A stretch of DNA of 32,000 nucleotides, from assembly GCF_000354175.2 (NCBI RefSeq), contig NC_022359.1:480001-512000 (forward strand), in the 5' to 3' direction. A program made the position numbers and the translations under genes. Below are positions 17,443-25,869 of the stretch, one piece after another (the stretch's first letter is position 1; every line of letters begins with the position of its first letter). The DNA is from Vibrio alginolyticus NBRC 15630 = ATCC 17749 (GTDB taxonomy: Bacteria; Pseudomonadota; Gammaproteobacteria; Enterobacterales; Vibrionaceae). The notes under the pieces were generated by a model, which was given only the letters and a program-made list of their open reading frames with translations, was not told where the DNA came from and searched no databases.

Positions 17443-18093
17443 TTAGAGAATGATCAGTCCAAAAGGCGCAAGCAATTGCTCTTGTTGCCAATCACAAATC
17501 TTAACACCAAACAGAGAAACGCGGCGAACATCCAGCCCGTCTAGTTCGACATGAGTCAGATCACACTGCTCAACGTTAAAGGTTCCCCATTGTTCTGGCG
17601 AGAATTCGCAGCGAGATAAATCCGAGCCTTTGAGAGTTGCCCCTGCGAGGTTCGCACCGTTCCAACGGTTTTCAAAGAGGTCACATTTTTCTAGTAACAC
17701 TCGCTCGAAGTTACAGTAGGTGAGGTTGCAGCCAGTAATAAAAGCAGAACAGAAAAACATGGTGTTACTGACGCGATTAGCAAAGTTCGCACCTTGGAAG
17801 TTTGCCCCTTTGAGATCGCACTTACGTAGCTCCAAGCCCATACAATTTGCGCCGTTAAACAGGCTCATCGCCAACATACAGTTCGTAAAGCTGGCGTCTT
17901 TTAAGTTCGCGAAGCGAAAACTACACCCTTCTAGCGCTTTGGATTCGATAAAGCGACAGTCGATGAACTTAGCATCGCGCAGATCGGCATGGTCGAAACA
18001 GCACATATAAAAGTGGCAGTTTTTAAAGGTGGCATTCTGAAAATCGTGATGAGAAAAGTTTTCTCGTTCAAAAATGAGGTCGGTTTTTAACAT
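17443..18093 (-). CDS. qnr: Qnr-type pentapeptide-repeat protein (chromosomal quinolone-resistance determinant, gyrase protection)
   Basis: 216 aa of tandem pentapeptide repeats. It aligns end to end with QnrA as I recall it (FCSAFITGCNLTYCNF; C-terminal GVKICDWQQEQLLAPFGLIIL versus QnrA GVKICAWQQEQLLEPLGVIVL). Confidence 0.92.
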   Translation of the reverse strand: MLKTDLIFERENFSHHDFQNATFKNCHFYMCCFDHADLRDAKFIDCRFIESKALEGCSFRFANLKDASFTNCMLAMSLFNGANCMGLELRKCDLKGANFQGANFANRVSNTMFFCSAFITGCNLTYCNFERVLLEKCDLFENRWNGANLAGATLKGSDLSRCEFSPEQWGTFNVEQCDLTHVELDGLDVRRVSLFGVKICDWQQEQLLAPFGLIIL

Positions 18094-18588
18094 GTCTTCT
18101 CCTTAGCTGCGAGCAGACTAGCACTCCAAGTGACTGATTTTCCATAAAAATAACTTCTTGTATTTCAGTGTTTTACAAACCCCTCAAATCGCGATTTTAA
18201 GGGGTCAAACGAGCTTTTTAAGTGGGTGTTTTTTTGAAAATAGAAGACGTAGAGGACGAAAAAAGTTTTTACTGGCTACGAGCCTTAACGAGAGGATTCG
18301 CATTTATCGGTATGCATGGCAACTCACACGCACAGTTTGCATTACAGAATTGTATCCTATTTGCATAATTTGTTGATCAATATGGCGTTTCTCCATACAA
18401 AAAACCTATATTTTTCACAAATTGATTTCCATCAAAATAGTAGGGTTTCTATGTGCTAGATTGCGCACAGCTCAAAAAGATATAGATACCCGTGTGCTTC
18501 AAGGCGCTGAGTTTACTTGAAATCTCAGATCAGTTAGCAGGCACCCCTTTGGGTACGACATAACGAAGCCCTACGAAAGGAAATAAAA

Positions 18589-19230
18589 ATGAAAAAAACA
18601 ATCTGCAGTCTAGCAGTGGTTGCTGCACTCGTGTCACCAAGTGTTTTCGCTCATAAACAAGGTGACTTCGTTCTTCGTGTTGGTGCGGCGTCTGTCGTTC
18701 CAAATGACAGCAGTGATAAGATTCTTGGTTCTCAAGAAGAGTTAGAAGTTGACTCAAATACGCAGCTTGGTTTGACGTTTGGCTACATGTTCACAGACAA
18801 CATCAGTTTAGAGCTTCTAGCAGCAACACCATTCAGCCACGACATTTCGACAGATTTGGTTGGTAGTGATATCGCGAAAACCAAACATTTACCACCAACG
18901 CTAATGGTGCAGTACTATTTTGGCGAGTCTCAAAGTAAGTTCCGTCCATACGTTGGTGCAGGTCTGAACTACACCATATTCTTTGATGAAGATTTCAATA
19001 GTACGGGTAAAGGCGCTGACCTGTCAGATTTGAAATTAGATGATTCATTCGGTCTAGCAGCGAATATTGGTGTGGACTACATGATCAACGATCAATGGTT
19101 CCTCAACGCCGCTGCGTGGTACGCAAACATTGAGACAGAAGCAACTTATAAAGCAGGTGGAGTGAAGCAAAAAACCGACGTCAAAATTAACCCTTGGGTA
19201 TTTATGATCAGCGGCGGTTACAAGTTCTAA
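18589..19230 (+). CDS. ompW: Outer-membrane protein OmpW
   Basis: Signal peptide MKKTICSLAVVAALVSPSVFA|HKQGDF. The 8-strand barrel pattern matches OmpW: GDFVLRVGAASVVPND near the start and a C-terminal SGGYKF. Confidence 0.9.
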   Translation: MKKTICSLAVVAALVSPSVFAHKQGDFVLRVGAASVVPNDSSDKILGSQEELEVDSNTQLGLTFGYMFTDNISLELLAATPFSHDISTDLVGSDIAKTKHLPPTLMVQYYFGESQSKFRPYVGAGLNYTIFFDEDFNSTGKGADLSDLKLDDSFGLAANIGVDYMINDQWFLNAAAWYANIETEATYKAGGVKQKTDVKINPWVFMISGGYKF

Positions 19231-19276
19231 GAAAAACCAGTAGTTACACGCACATTACTATTATTGGCATGACTTT

Positions 19277-19309
19277 GGGGGCGGTTACGGGGACTGCCCC
19301 TCTTTTTTA
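19277..19309 (+). terminator. Rho-independent terminator after ompW
   Basis: GGGGCGG and CTGCCCC form a stem with one mismatch, followed by TCTTTTTT. Confidence 0.7.
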
Positions 19310-19444
19310 TCCTCGTTTTGATTGCACATCATTTACTCCACTTAGCAACATGCAAAATTGGATCTTTACCTTGCAGATCATTTTATTGTCGGAAGATCGA
19401 AAAGTCCTACACTGATCACATAATTGAACAAGTGGACAATATAA

Positions 19445-20470
19445 ATGAGCGACGACATCGCAAAGCATTCCTCCTCCAGATCTAAGCTGGTAAAAACTCT
19501 TTTCTTTACTCTCTGTGTTATCGCATTTGGTGCGATGTATTGGTCTTGGCAGTATTCAGACAGTCACCCAAGCACGGAAGATGCCTACGTTAGGGCAAAA
19601 ATTTTGTCGGTAGCGCCTCAGGTAAAAGGCCAAGTGGTTTCTGTGGATGTCAAAGACTTCCAATCTGTTAACAAAGGTGACCTACTGCTGAAGATAGATT
19701 CACGCCCATATTTGTTGGCAGTGAAGCAAGCCAAAGCGGCATACCAATTGGCGGTCCAGCAACATGACGTTGCCGATAAGCAGGTAACTGAAGCCGTTGC
19801 GGGCTTAGATGCGGCGCGCTCTAACCTGACAGAAGCGCAAGTAGAATACAAACGTACGGATTCCTTGGTGAAACGCAAACTGGCGTCGGACCAAGATTTA
19901 GATACGGCGAAAAACAAACTTGCCAATGCCCAAGCGAGCCTAGAGCAAGGACGTGCGACGGTAGAAAAAGCCATTGCGAACCGTGGTGAAGAAGGCGTAG
20001 AGGCTGCGGTCGTTCAACAAGCGGCAGCACAGTTAGCGCAAGCGGAGCTGAACTTGAGCTACACCGACATTACGTCACCAGTGGATGGCATGGCCGGTGA
20101 AATCAATACGCACGTAGGCTCGGTCGTTAGCGTGGGTCAAACGTTGTTCCCTGTGATTTTAAAAGACAGCTATTGGGTACGCGCGAACTTTAAAGAAACC
20201 GATCTTACTCATATTAAACCTGGCATGCATGCGGATGTGGTGATTGATATGTACCCAGACGTGGTGTGGAAAGCAACGGTAGAACAGCTGTCGCCTGCGA
20301 GTGGTACATCGTTCTCCTTGATGCCACCAGAAAACGCAACGGGTAACTGGGTTAAAATCAAACAGCGTTTCCCTGTACGTTTGGCATTAGAAGTACCGGC
20401 CGATGCGCCGCAACTTCGCGTGGGTGCGAGCTCAGAAGTCACCATTGATTTGCAAAGTAGCGTGCAATGA
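19445..20470 (+). CDS. emrA: HlyD/EmrA-family membrane fusion protein of an MFS efflux pump
   Basis: N-terminal TM anchor, a biotinyl/lipoyl-like hairpin (VAPQVKGQVVSVDVKDFQSVNKGDLLLKID), a long Ala/Gln-rich coiled coil, and the C-terminal GNWVKIKQRFPVRL motif typical of EmrA. Confidence 0.85.
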   Translation: MSDDIAKHSSSRSKLVKTLFFTLCVIAFGAMYWSWQYSDSHPSTEDAYVRAKILSVAPQVKGQVVSVDVKDFQSVNKGDLLLKIDSRPYLLAVKQAKAAYQLAVQQHDVADKQVTEAVAGLDAARSNLTEAQVEYKRTDSLVKRKLASDQDLDTAKNKLANAQASLEQGRATVEKAIANRGEEGVEAAVVQQAAAQLAQAELNLSYTDITSPVDGMAGEINTHVGSVVSVGQTLFPVILKDSYWVRANFKETDLTHIKPGMHADVVIDMYPDVVWKATVEQLSPASGTSFSLMPPENATGNWVKIKQRFPVRLALEVPADAPQLRVGASSEVTIDLQSSVQ

Positions 20471-21957
20471 GCCATCAAATTACGGCAGACAAACGGGGGA
20501 TTGCCACCGTCGCCGTGATGCTTTCTGCCATCATGGTGTTAATCGATATGACCGTTGCGAACGTGTCGCTATCGCACATGATGGGCGCGTTGGGCGCAAC
20601 GGCAGACCAAATTACTTGGGTGCTGACGGGTTACAGCATGGCGGAAGCGATCTTCATTCCGATGACCAGTTTCTGGGTGTCGCGCTTTGGTGAACGCAAA
20701 GTCATGTTGGTTGCTGTGATCGGTTTTGTGATTGCCAGTGCGCTTTGTGGGCAAGCACAGTCTCTTGAAGAGATGGTGCTATTTCGCATTATCCAAGGCG
20801 CTTTCGGCGCGTCGGTGATTCCATTGGCGCAGTCGACGTTAGTGCAGATCTATCCGTATGAGCAAAAAGGCAAAGCGATGGCGATTTTCTCCATCGGCAT
20901 TTTGCTTGGTCCTATTTTGGGCCCAGTTGTAGGTGGTGTGATCACCGACAACATTAACTGGCGCTGGATTTTTTACATCAACTTGCCATTCGGTTTGATC
21001 TGTACCTCTTTGATTTATCGCTATATCCATATCGACAACAAATCCAAACCTAACTTTGACTGGTGGATCATCGGTTACATGGCGTTAGGTGTGGGCGCGT
21101 TGCAGTTTGTGTTGGATAAAGGTAACGAAGAAGACTGGCTCGACTCACGTATGATTCAGACGGCGATATTGCTCGCAGTCATGGGATTGGTGATGTGGAT
21201 CTATCGCAGTTGGAAAACCAAAAGTCCAATAGCGCCATTGTGGCTACTGAAAGACCGAAACCTTATGGTCTCGTCATTGATGATTGCCGTGGTGTCGATG
21301 GCGATGTTTGGTCTGACGACTCAACAACCAATGCTGTTGGAAAGCTTGCTGGATTATCCGGTCTCAACCACTGGCTTATTAATGGCACCGCGAGGGTTGG
21401 CGTCGGCGGCGATGTTGATTTTAGTGATTAAGCTCAATCCGCAATTCGATCCCAGAATCAAAATAGTCTTTGGCTTAAGCTGCATCGGGATTGGTAGTTA
21501 TTTGATGACGCAATACTCACTGCAGATCGATACATTTTGGATTGTGATGCCGAGTATGATTCAGGGGATGGGGCTTGGTTTAACCTTCTCGACGCTATCC
21601 ACCTTGGCGTATTTAACGATTCCGAAAGAGCAATCTGTTGCGGCGGCGAGTATTTACAATCTGTTCCGTACCATTGGTAGCTCGTTTGGTATTTCTATCG
21701 CCACCACGTTCCAATATCGTGATAGTCAGCAGCAATGGCATGCGCTGGGAGAGGGTATTAATCCTTATAATCCTAACTTGCATGACTGGGCGGCCAATCA
21801 TGGGCTTTCTATTACCGATCCGGTTGCGTTAGACCAATACCAACAGATGTTGCAGCAGCAATCGCAAATGGTCGCGTTTGTGCACACCTTCCAGCTTGTG
21901 GGAGTGATGTTCGTGATCATGATGCCGATGCTGGTTTTCATCCGGTCGCGAGAATAA
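20467..21957 (+). CDS. emrB: DHA2-family (14-TMS) MFS drug efflux permease, EmrB-like
   Basis: 496 aa, polytopic, with MFS and EmrB-like motifs (LIDMTVANVSL, GERKVMLVAVIGFVIASALCG, INWRWIFYINLP). The start overlaps the emrA stop (ATGA). Confidence 0.88.
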   Translation: MSHQITADKRGIATVAVMLSAIMVLIDMTVANVSLSHMMGALGATADQITWVLTGYSMAEAIFIPMTSFWVSRFGERKVMLVAVIGFVIASALCGQAQSLEEMVLFRIIQGAFGASVIPLAQSTLVQIYPYEQKGKAMAIFSIGILLGPILGPVVGGVITDNINWRWIFYINLPFGLICTSLIYRYIHIDNKSKPNFDWWIIGYMALGVGALQFVLDKGNEEDWLDSRMIQTAILLAVMGLVMWIYRSWKTKSPIAPLWLLKDRNLMVSSLMIAVVSMAMFGLTTQQPMLLESLLDYPVSTTGLLMAPRGLASAAMLILVIKLNPQFDPRIKIVFGLSCIGIGSYLMTQYSLQIDTFWIVMPSMIQGMGLGLTFSTLSTLAYLTIPKEQSVAAASIYNLFRTIGSSFGISIATTFQYRDSQQQWHALGEGINPYNPNLHDWAANHGLSITDPVALDQYQQMLQQQSQMVAFVHTFQLVGVMFVIMMPMLVFIRSRE

Positions 21958-21987
21958 CAACAAGTTCCGGTGAATCGTGTAAGAGAA

Positions 21988-22027
21988 CGCCTCTCAAGTT
22001 GTATTTGCTTGAGAGGTGTTTTTTATT
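21988..22027. terminator. Rho-independent terminator after emrB (convergent with rof)
   Basis: CCTCTCAAG (21990-21998) pairs with CTTGAGAGG (22008-22016), followed by TGTTTTTTATT. Confidence 0.85.
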
Positions 22028-22053
22028 GGACGGTGTCAATGAAAGACGGACGT

Positions 22054-22299
22054 TTACTCAAACGTCACTTCATCAAAATGCGGATTGGCTTTGAGCGCGC
22101 GCATTGCGACTAATTGTTCAGTCGGGAAAGCGGTGTGCTCACCATCCATATCTAAAAACAAGCACTCTTGTCGCTGCATGTCGTAGCCTGTGTCGAACGC
22201 GTTGCCCTGATGAGTTTCACCATTTTTTAGTGTGATCTCGATAGGGAGCTTAAACATACAGGCGATTTCAATAAAATCGTATTGGCTGCAAGTCACCAT
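22054..22299 (-). CDS. rof: Rof/YaeO-like Rho-binding antiterminator family protein (81 aa)
   Basis: The pattern C..YD.IE.AC....L.I.LKNGE...G.A.D matches the E. coli Rof N-terminus (INCDDYDNLELACQHHLMLTLELKDGE) as I recall it. The size also fits. Confidence 0.7.
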   Translation of the reverse strand: MVTCSQYDFIEIACMFKLPIEITLKNGETHQGNAFDTGYDMQRQECLFLDMDGEHTAFPTEQLVAMRALKANPHFDEVTFE

Positions 22300-22479
22300 A
22301 GTTTTCTCCTTTCAAACCGACGCAGTATTCAGAAGGTTTGAGAACCGCTTCCTTAAATAGAAGACGTTTGATTGAAACTGAATCTTCATCTTACACCTCA
22401 TTTTGGTCACGAAATAGACATACACGCACGTTTTAATAAACCTACTGTTGAGCGTTCACAAGCGAGACAAAATAACGAT

Positions 22480-23607
22480 ATGTCTGAGACGATACTTAAG
22501 CGCACATACCTAACGAGTGAACAAAAGCCAAGTTCACTGATTCCGCCTCAAACCTACCATGCGCAGTTGGCGCACCGTGTTTACCACTCGCCTCAATTTG
22601 AAAACGGCCGCGTTAAAAACGAGATGCCAAATGTCCCTAGCCCGCAATCATTCTGGCAGGTGTGTTGGAGCTATCTTGGTGGTAGAACGCCATTGAGTCC
22701 TAACGAACATCTGCCACATTTCCCAATTCAACCTACGCAGTTTGCGCAGCGAAGTGAATCGATGCGCGTTACTTGGCTGGGCCATTCCACCATGCTGGTG
22801 GAGGTCGATGGCATTCGAATTCTGACTGATCCGGTATTTGATTACGCTTCTCCGTTCATCGCAAAAGCGTGGTTTGAACGCAATATTCCCAATACCCATG
22901 CCAGAGATTGTTTGCCGATTCCTGAAATTATCGTGATTTCGCACGATCATTACGACCATTTAGAAGCATCGACCATACGTTTCTACGCCGATAAACCCGT
23001 GACGTTTTATGTACCCTTAGGGGTTGGCAAGCATCTGATAAAGTGGGGCGTTTGCGCAGACAACATCGTGGAATTCGATTGGTGGGATAGCGTGCACTAT
23101 GCCGGAATCGAACTGATTTGTACGCCCGCTAACCATAATTCTGGTCGTACTTATTTCGATAAAAACTCGACCTTGTGGGCTTCTTGGGTCATCAAAGGTA
23201 AAGAAGAGACGCTCTATTTTAGTGGCGATTCAGCTTACGATTCGCACTTTTCCGAGATCGCACTGCGATGTGGACCAATCGACATTGCCTGTTTGGAAGT
23301 AGCTGCCGATGTGAAAGGCCAAGGTTATCCGGTCGAAAACTGGGGGCACATGCAGGCTCATCATACCGTGCAAGCGTTTCGCGATTTAAATGCGAAAAAA
23401 CTGCTGCCAGTACATTGGGCTACATACGAGCTGTTTACTCACCGCTGGGACGAACCGATTTTAGATTTGCTTGCCCATTGTCAAAAAGAACATATAACGC
23501 TGCTGACGCCAATGCCGGGGGAGAGTTTTTACGTTCATAAAAAACAGATAAATAAACAATGGTGGCGAGAAAAAGAAACAGGTGAGCCAGCTAGAATTTT
23601 GACTTAA
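22480..23607 (+). CDS. MBL-fold metallo-hydrolase, NAPE-PLD-like subgroup
   Basis: VTWLGHSTMLVEVDGIRILTDPVF followed by VISHDHYDHLE (intact HxHxDH). I prefer ATG 22480 (MSETILKR) to the TTG at 22372 in the ORF track. Confidence 0.8.
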   Translation: MSETILKRTYLTSEQKPSSLIPPQTYHAQLAHRVYHSPQFENGRVKNEMPNVPSPQSFWQVCWSYLGGRTPLSPNEHLPHFPIQPTQFAQRSESMRVTWLGHSTMLVEVDGIRILTDPVFDYASPFIAKAWFERNIPNTHARDCLPIPEIIVISHDHYDHLEASTIRFYADKPVTFYVPLGVGKHLIKWGVCADNIVEFDWWDSVHYAGIELICTPANHNSGRTYFDKNSTLWASWVIKGKEETLYFSGDSAYDSHFSEIALRCGPIDIACLEVAADVKGQGYPVENWGHMQAHHTVQAFRDLNAKKLLPVHWATYELFTHRWDEPILDLLAHCQKEHITLLTPMPGESFYVHKKQINKQWWREKETGEPARILT

Positions 23608-23643
23608 TAATATGTTCTTACTTCAATAATTATTTTAGAAGTT

Positions 23644-23677
23644 AACCTTGTTATTTTCAGAATATAACAAGGTTTTT
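23644..23677. terminator. Bidirectional Rho-independent terminator
   Basis: AACCTTGTTAT (23644-23654) pairs with ATAACAAGGTT (23664-23674), running into TTTTT. Confidence 0.8.
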
Positions 23678-23683
23678 ACTCGC

Positions 23684-24109
23684 TTACTCATCAATCACTT
23701 GAGGTTTTAACTCGACGACATTTCCTTCCGGATCATGAATATAGAGTGAGCGACCGAATCCTTGTGCTCCGTAGCGTTTCGCAAACTCTTCGGTTTCAAT
23801 GCCGTTCGAACGCAGATATTCCAGTAATTCATCCTCGGAAAAAGGCGCCAATTGCAGGCAAAAATGGTCAATATTACGACCATTTTGAACTGGTGGCTTA
23901 CCGCCGAGTTGGCCTAATTCGCTGTCTACCGTCACCACATCAATCAATGCGTTACCTGCCCTAAGTTGAGTTAAACCAAGTTCCGTTACTTCGCGTTCGA
24001 CAGGGCAGCCCAAAATGTCTCGATAGAAATGCAACATAGCATCGAGGTTACAGGTCCTTAAAACAACATGATCAAGCGCTTTGATGGCGATTGGATTTTT
24101 GGTGGGCAT
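23684..24109 (-). CDS. VOC-family (glyoxalase/bleomycin-resistance/dioxygenase fold) protein, 141 aa
   Basis: LDHVVLRTCNLDAMLHFYRDILG at the N-terminus and HFCLQL...LYIHDPEGNVVEL at the C-terminus are paired beta-alpha-beta-beta-beta VOC modules. Confidence 0.8.
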   Translation of the reverse strand: MPTKNPIAIKALDHVVLRTCNLDAMLHFYRDILGCPVEREVTELGLTQLRAGNALIDVVTVDSELGQLGGKPPVQNGRNIDHFCLQLAPFSEDELLEYLRSNGIETEEFAKRYGAQGFGRSLYIHDPEGNVVELKPQVIDE

Positions 24110-24229
24110 ACTTCACTCCTTTTTGCATTGTGTTGAGGTAAGTATAAAGTGACCTTAAAAGTGGTGAGAGAAATGATCAAATTCCAGATGTTTTTTTGCT
24201 AGAGCGAGTGCAGAAACACTGCAACTCAA

Positions 24230-24266
24230 AGCAAACAAAAAAAGGCTAGCGTATTGCTAGCCTTTT
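24230..24266 (-). terminator. Rho-independent terminator after the upstream VOC gene
   Basis: AAAGGCTAGC (24241-24250) pairs with GCTAGCCTTT (24256-24265). On the minus strand the stem is followed by TTTTTTTGTTTG. Confidence 0.9.
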
Positions 24267-24284
24267 GGAATATGGATGGGGCTA

Positions 24285-24770
24285 TTACTCGTAATCAGAA
24301 GCGTAAGTTTCTTCGTAAGTGTGTGAGTAAAGCTCGAATAGGTTGCCGAATGGGTCTTCTAGGTAAACCATTTTCGCAGGCTTATTATCGTCTTCTGGGT
24401 GGTAACGCATGATGTCCATGCGAACTTTGCCACCTAGTGCTTCGGTGCGTTTGATAGCACCTTCAAAATCGTCTGTCTGCAAACAGAAATGGAAGATACC
24501 GATGCGAGAAAAATCCACTTCATGGCGCTCTTGACGCTCTTTCATTTCGAATAACTCAAGGCCGATGCCATCACTTGTCACAAGGTGCGCAATGTTGAAG
24601 CCTTTAAAGCCTTCCCCAAAGACCGCAATACACATTCTGCCAATTGCCGTTTCGCGTTCTTCAATCACTTTCGTGTTGCCCATAACGACTTTTAGACCTA
24701 GCGCTTGCGTGTAAAACTCAACCGCTTTGTCCATATCTCCGACCATAATACCGACATGATTCATTTTCAT
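24285..24770 (-). CDS. VOC-family (glyoxalase I-like) protein, 161 aa
   Basis: MNHVGIMVGDMDKAVEFYTQALGLKV, HFCLQTDDFEGAIKR and VYLEDPFGNLFEL match the VOC fold. Confidence 0.8.
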   Translation of the reverse strand: MKMNHVGIMVGDMDKAVEFYTQALGLKVVMGNTKVIEERETAIGRMCIAVFGEGFKGFNIAHLVTSDGIGLELFEMKERQERHEVDFSRIGIFHFCLQTDDFEGAIKRTEALGGKVRMDIMRYHPEDDNKPAKMVYLEDPFGNLFELYSHTYEETYASDYE

Positions 24771-24849
24771 TTGTTTGCTCCCAACATGTGTGTTTGAACG
24801 TTGTCTTGTTTCGATGTGGGAGAGTATATGGCGTGATGTTGATTACATG

Positions 24850-24880
24850 AAATTATCATAAATTATAAAAATGATAATTT
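24850..24880. repeat. Perfect 10-bp inverted repeat with an 11-nt AT spacer; candidate operator in the VOC gene promoter region
   Basis: AAATTATCAT (24850-24859) and ATGATAATTT (24871-24880) are exact reverse complements. The repeat lies 80-110 nt upstream of the 24770 start codon. Function is unknown. Confidence 0.6.
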
Positions 24881-24909
24881 TATTTAATGATTTGCGCGTT
24901 GGGATTGAG

Positions 24910-25257
24910 TTAGTGAGCTAAGGCCTCAACAGCTTGCCTCACCGAGGTGAAATGAATCTTGATAATGCACCGTTGCGCGAGGCTGAATTCATGCGATTGG
25001 ATTAATGACGTAACCTCTTCTACGGAAAGCGTTCGTTCTTTTAGATGTAAAAGAGTGGTGTTCGAACCATTGTTTTTCAATTCAAACGTGTTGCCATTTG
25101 AGTCGATAACGTAATCATCTTGCCCAAAAATGAGGGCTTCGCATTCAGAGTCTAAGTCGGACTGGGAATGCGTGTAGATCAGCTCATCGTCGCCGTCTAG
25201 TTTTAGCAAGCATGGCCAACATACTGCGTGGTCTCTCATGGTTAACTCATTATTCAT
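24910..25257 (-). CDS. Hypothetical protein (115 aa), possibly DUF4144-like
   Basis: A clean ORF starting 6 nt after the DUF924 gene stop. I see no catalytic motif. The family name is a recollection, not verified. Confidence 0.55.
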   Translation of the reverse strand: MNNELTMRDHAVCWPCLLKLDGDDELIYTHSQSDLDSECEALIFGQDDYVIDSNGNTFELKNNGSNTTLLHLKERTLSVEEVTSLIQSHEFSLAQRCIIKIHFTSVRQAVEALAH

Positions 25258-25263
25258 TGTTAT

Positions 25264-25800
25264 TTAGAAACTTGACCCAGGTTGTTGCAAAAACGCTAAC
25301 TCTTCGGGAGTGCTCTTTCTTCCCAATATCGCATTGCGATGAGGATAGCGCCCAAACTGGTCGATGATGGCTTTGTGTTTTAGCTCAAAATCGTAGTTAT
25401 TTTCAAGCCCTGATGCGCGAAACAATTTTTCAGCTTGGACATGAATGAGGCGAGATTCGCTGTGCATAAACGGCATGTACAAAAAGCTTAGCTGCTCAGG
25501 CGCTAATTCTTTGTCGTAACCTAACCGAATTGCCTCTTGAGCCAATGCTAATGCGAGTGGGTCTTGTGCAAACGCTTTTGGGGTGTTGCGATACACATTA
25601 CGTGAAAACTGGTCGAGGACGATGATTTCGGCCAATCGTCCTTGTGCGCTGTTACGCCAATTAAACAGTTCACAACGAGCGGCTTGTTCTAATACCGAGG
25701 CAAATCGCGATGCAATACACTTGTCCAGTTCTGGGTTGTTTTCAAACCAATTTTGGGGCGATAGCTCCTCGAACCAAAATTTGATGACTTCTTGGTACAT
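25264..25800 (-). CDS. DUF924-family protein (178 aa)
   Basis: FWFEELSPQNWF, IIVLDQFSRNVYR and FLYMPFMHSE match the DUF924 signature as I recall it. Confidence 0.7.
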   Translation of the reverse strand: MYQEVIKFWFEELSPQNWFENNPELDKCIASRFASVLEQAARCELFNWRNSAQGRLAEIIVLDQFSRNVYRNTPKAFAQDPLALALAQEAIRLGYDKELAPEQLSFLYMPFMHSESRLIHVQAEKLFRASGLENNYDFELKHKAIIDQFGRYPHRNAILGRKSTPEELAFLQQPGSSF

Positions 25801-25829
25801 GGATCTTCCTTCTTATTGCATTAGCTAAA

Positions 25830-25862
25830 GAATAAAAAGCCAGAAGGCGAGCTCCTGGCTTT
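25830..25862 (-). terminator. Rho-independent terminator after the peptidase gene
   Basis: An AGCCAG / CTGGCT stem with extra inner pairs. On the minus strand it is followed by TTTTTATTCTTT. Confidence 0.75.
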
Positions 25863-25869
25863 CTGCGTG

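Noticed and set aside
18317-18333. Sigma-54 -24/-12-like spacing (TGGCA-N-GC) and possible Qrr-type sRNA promoter
   Set aside because: Only the GG and GC dinucleotides at the correct 10-nt spacing match. The -12 TTGC is absent, and no Qrr-like conserved core (GGGTCACCTAGCCAACTGAC) lies downstream.
18158-18376. 72-aa ORF in the qnr-ompW intergenic region
   Set aside because: It has a non-ATG start, no RBS, and an implausible low-complexity composition (RRRRGRKK, C-terminal CIIC). It lies in an AT-rich promoter region.
18094-18588. LexA (SOS) box upstream of qnr
   Set aside because: No CTGT-N8-ACAG palindrome is present. The nearest candidate, ACAGTTTGCATTACAG, is a direct repeat rather than an inverted one.
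22372-22479. N-terminal extensions from non-ATG starts in the ORF track (22372 here; similarly 11860, 28805, 30103 and 10997)
   Set aside because: In each case an in-frame ATG with a better RBS matches the N-termini of homologs I can recall (CdaR, GntP, LysR, NAT). The upstream residues have no family counterpart.
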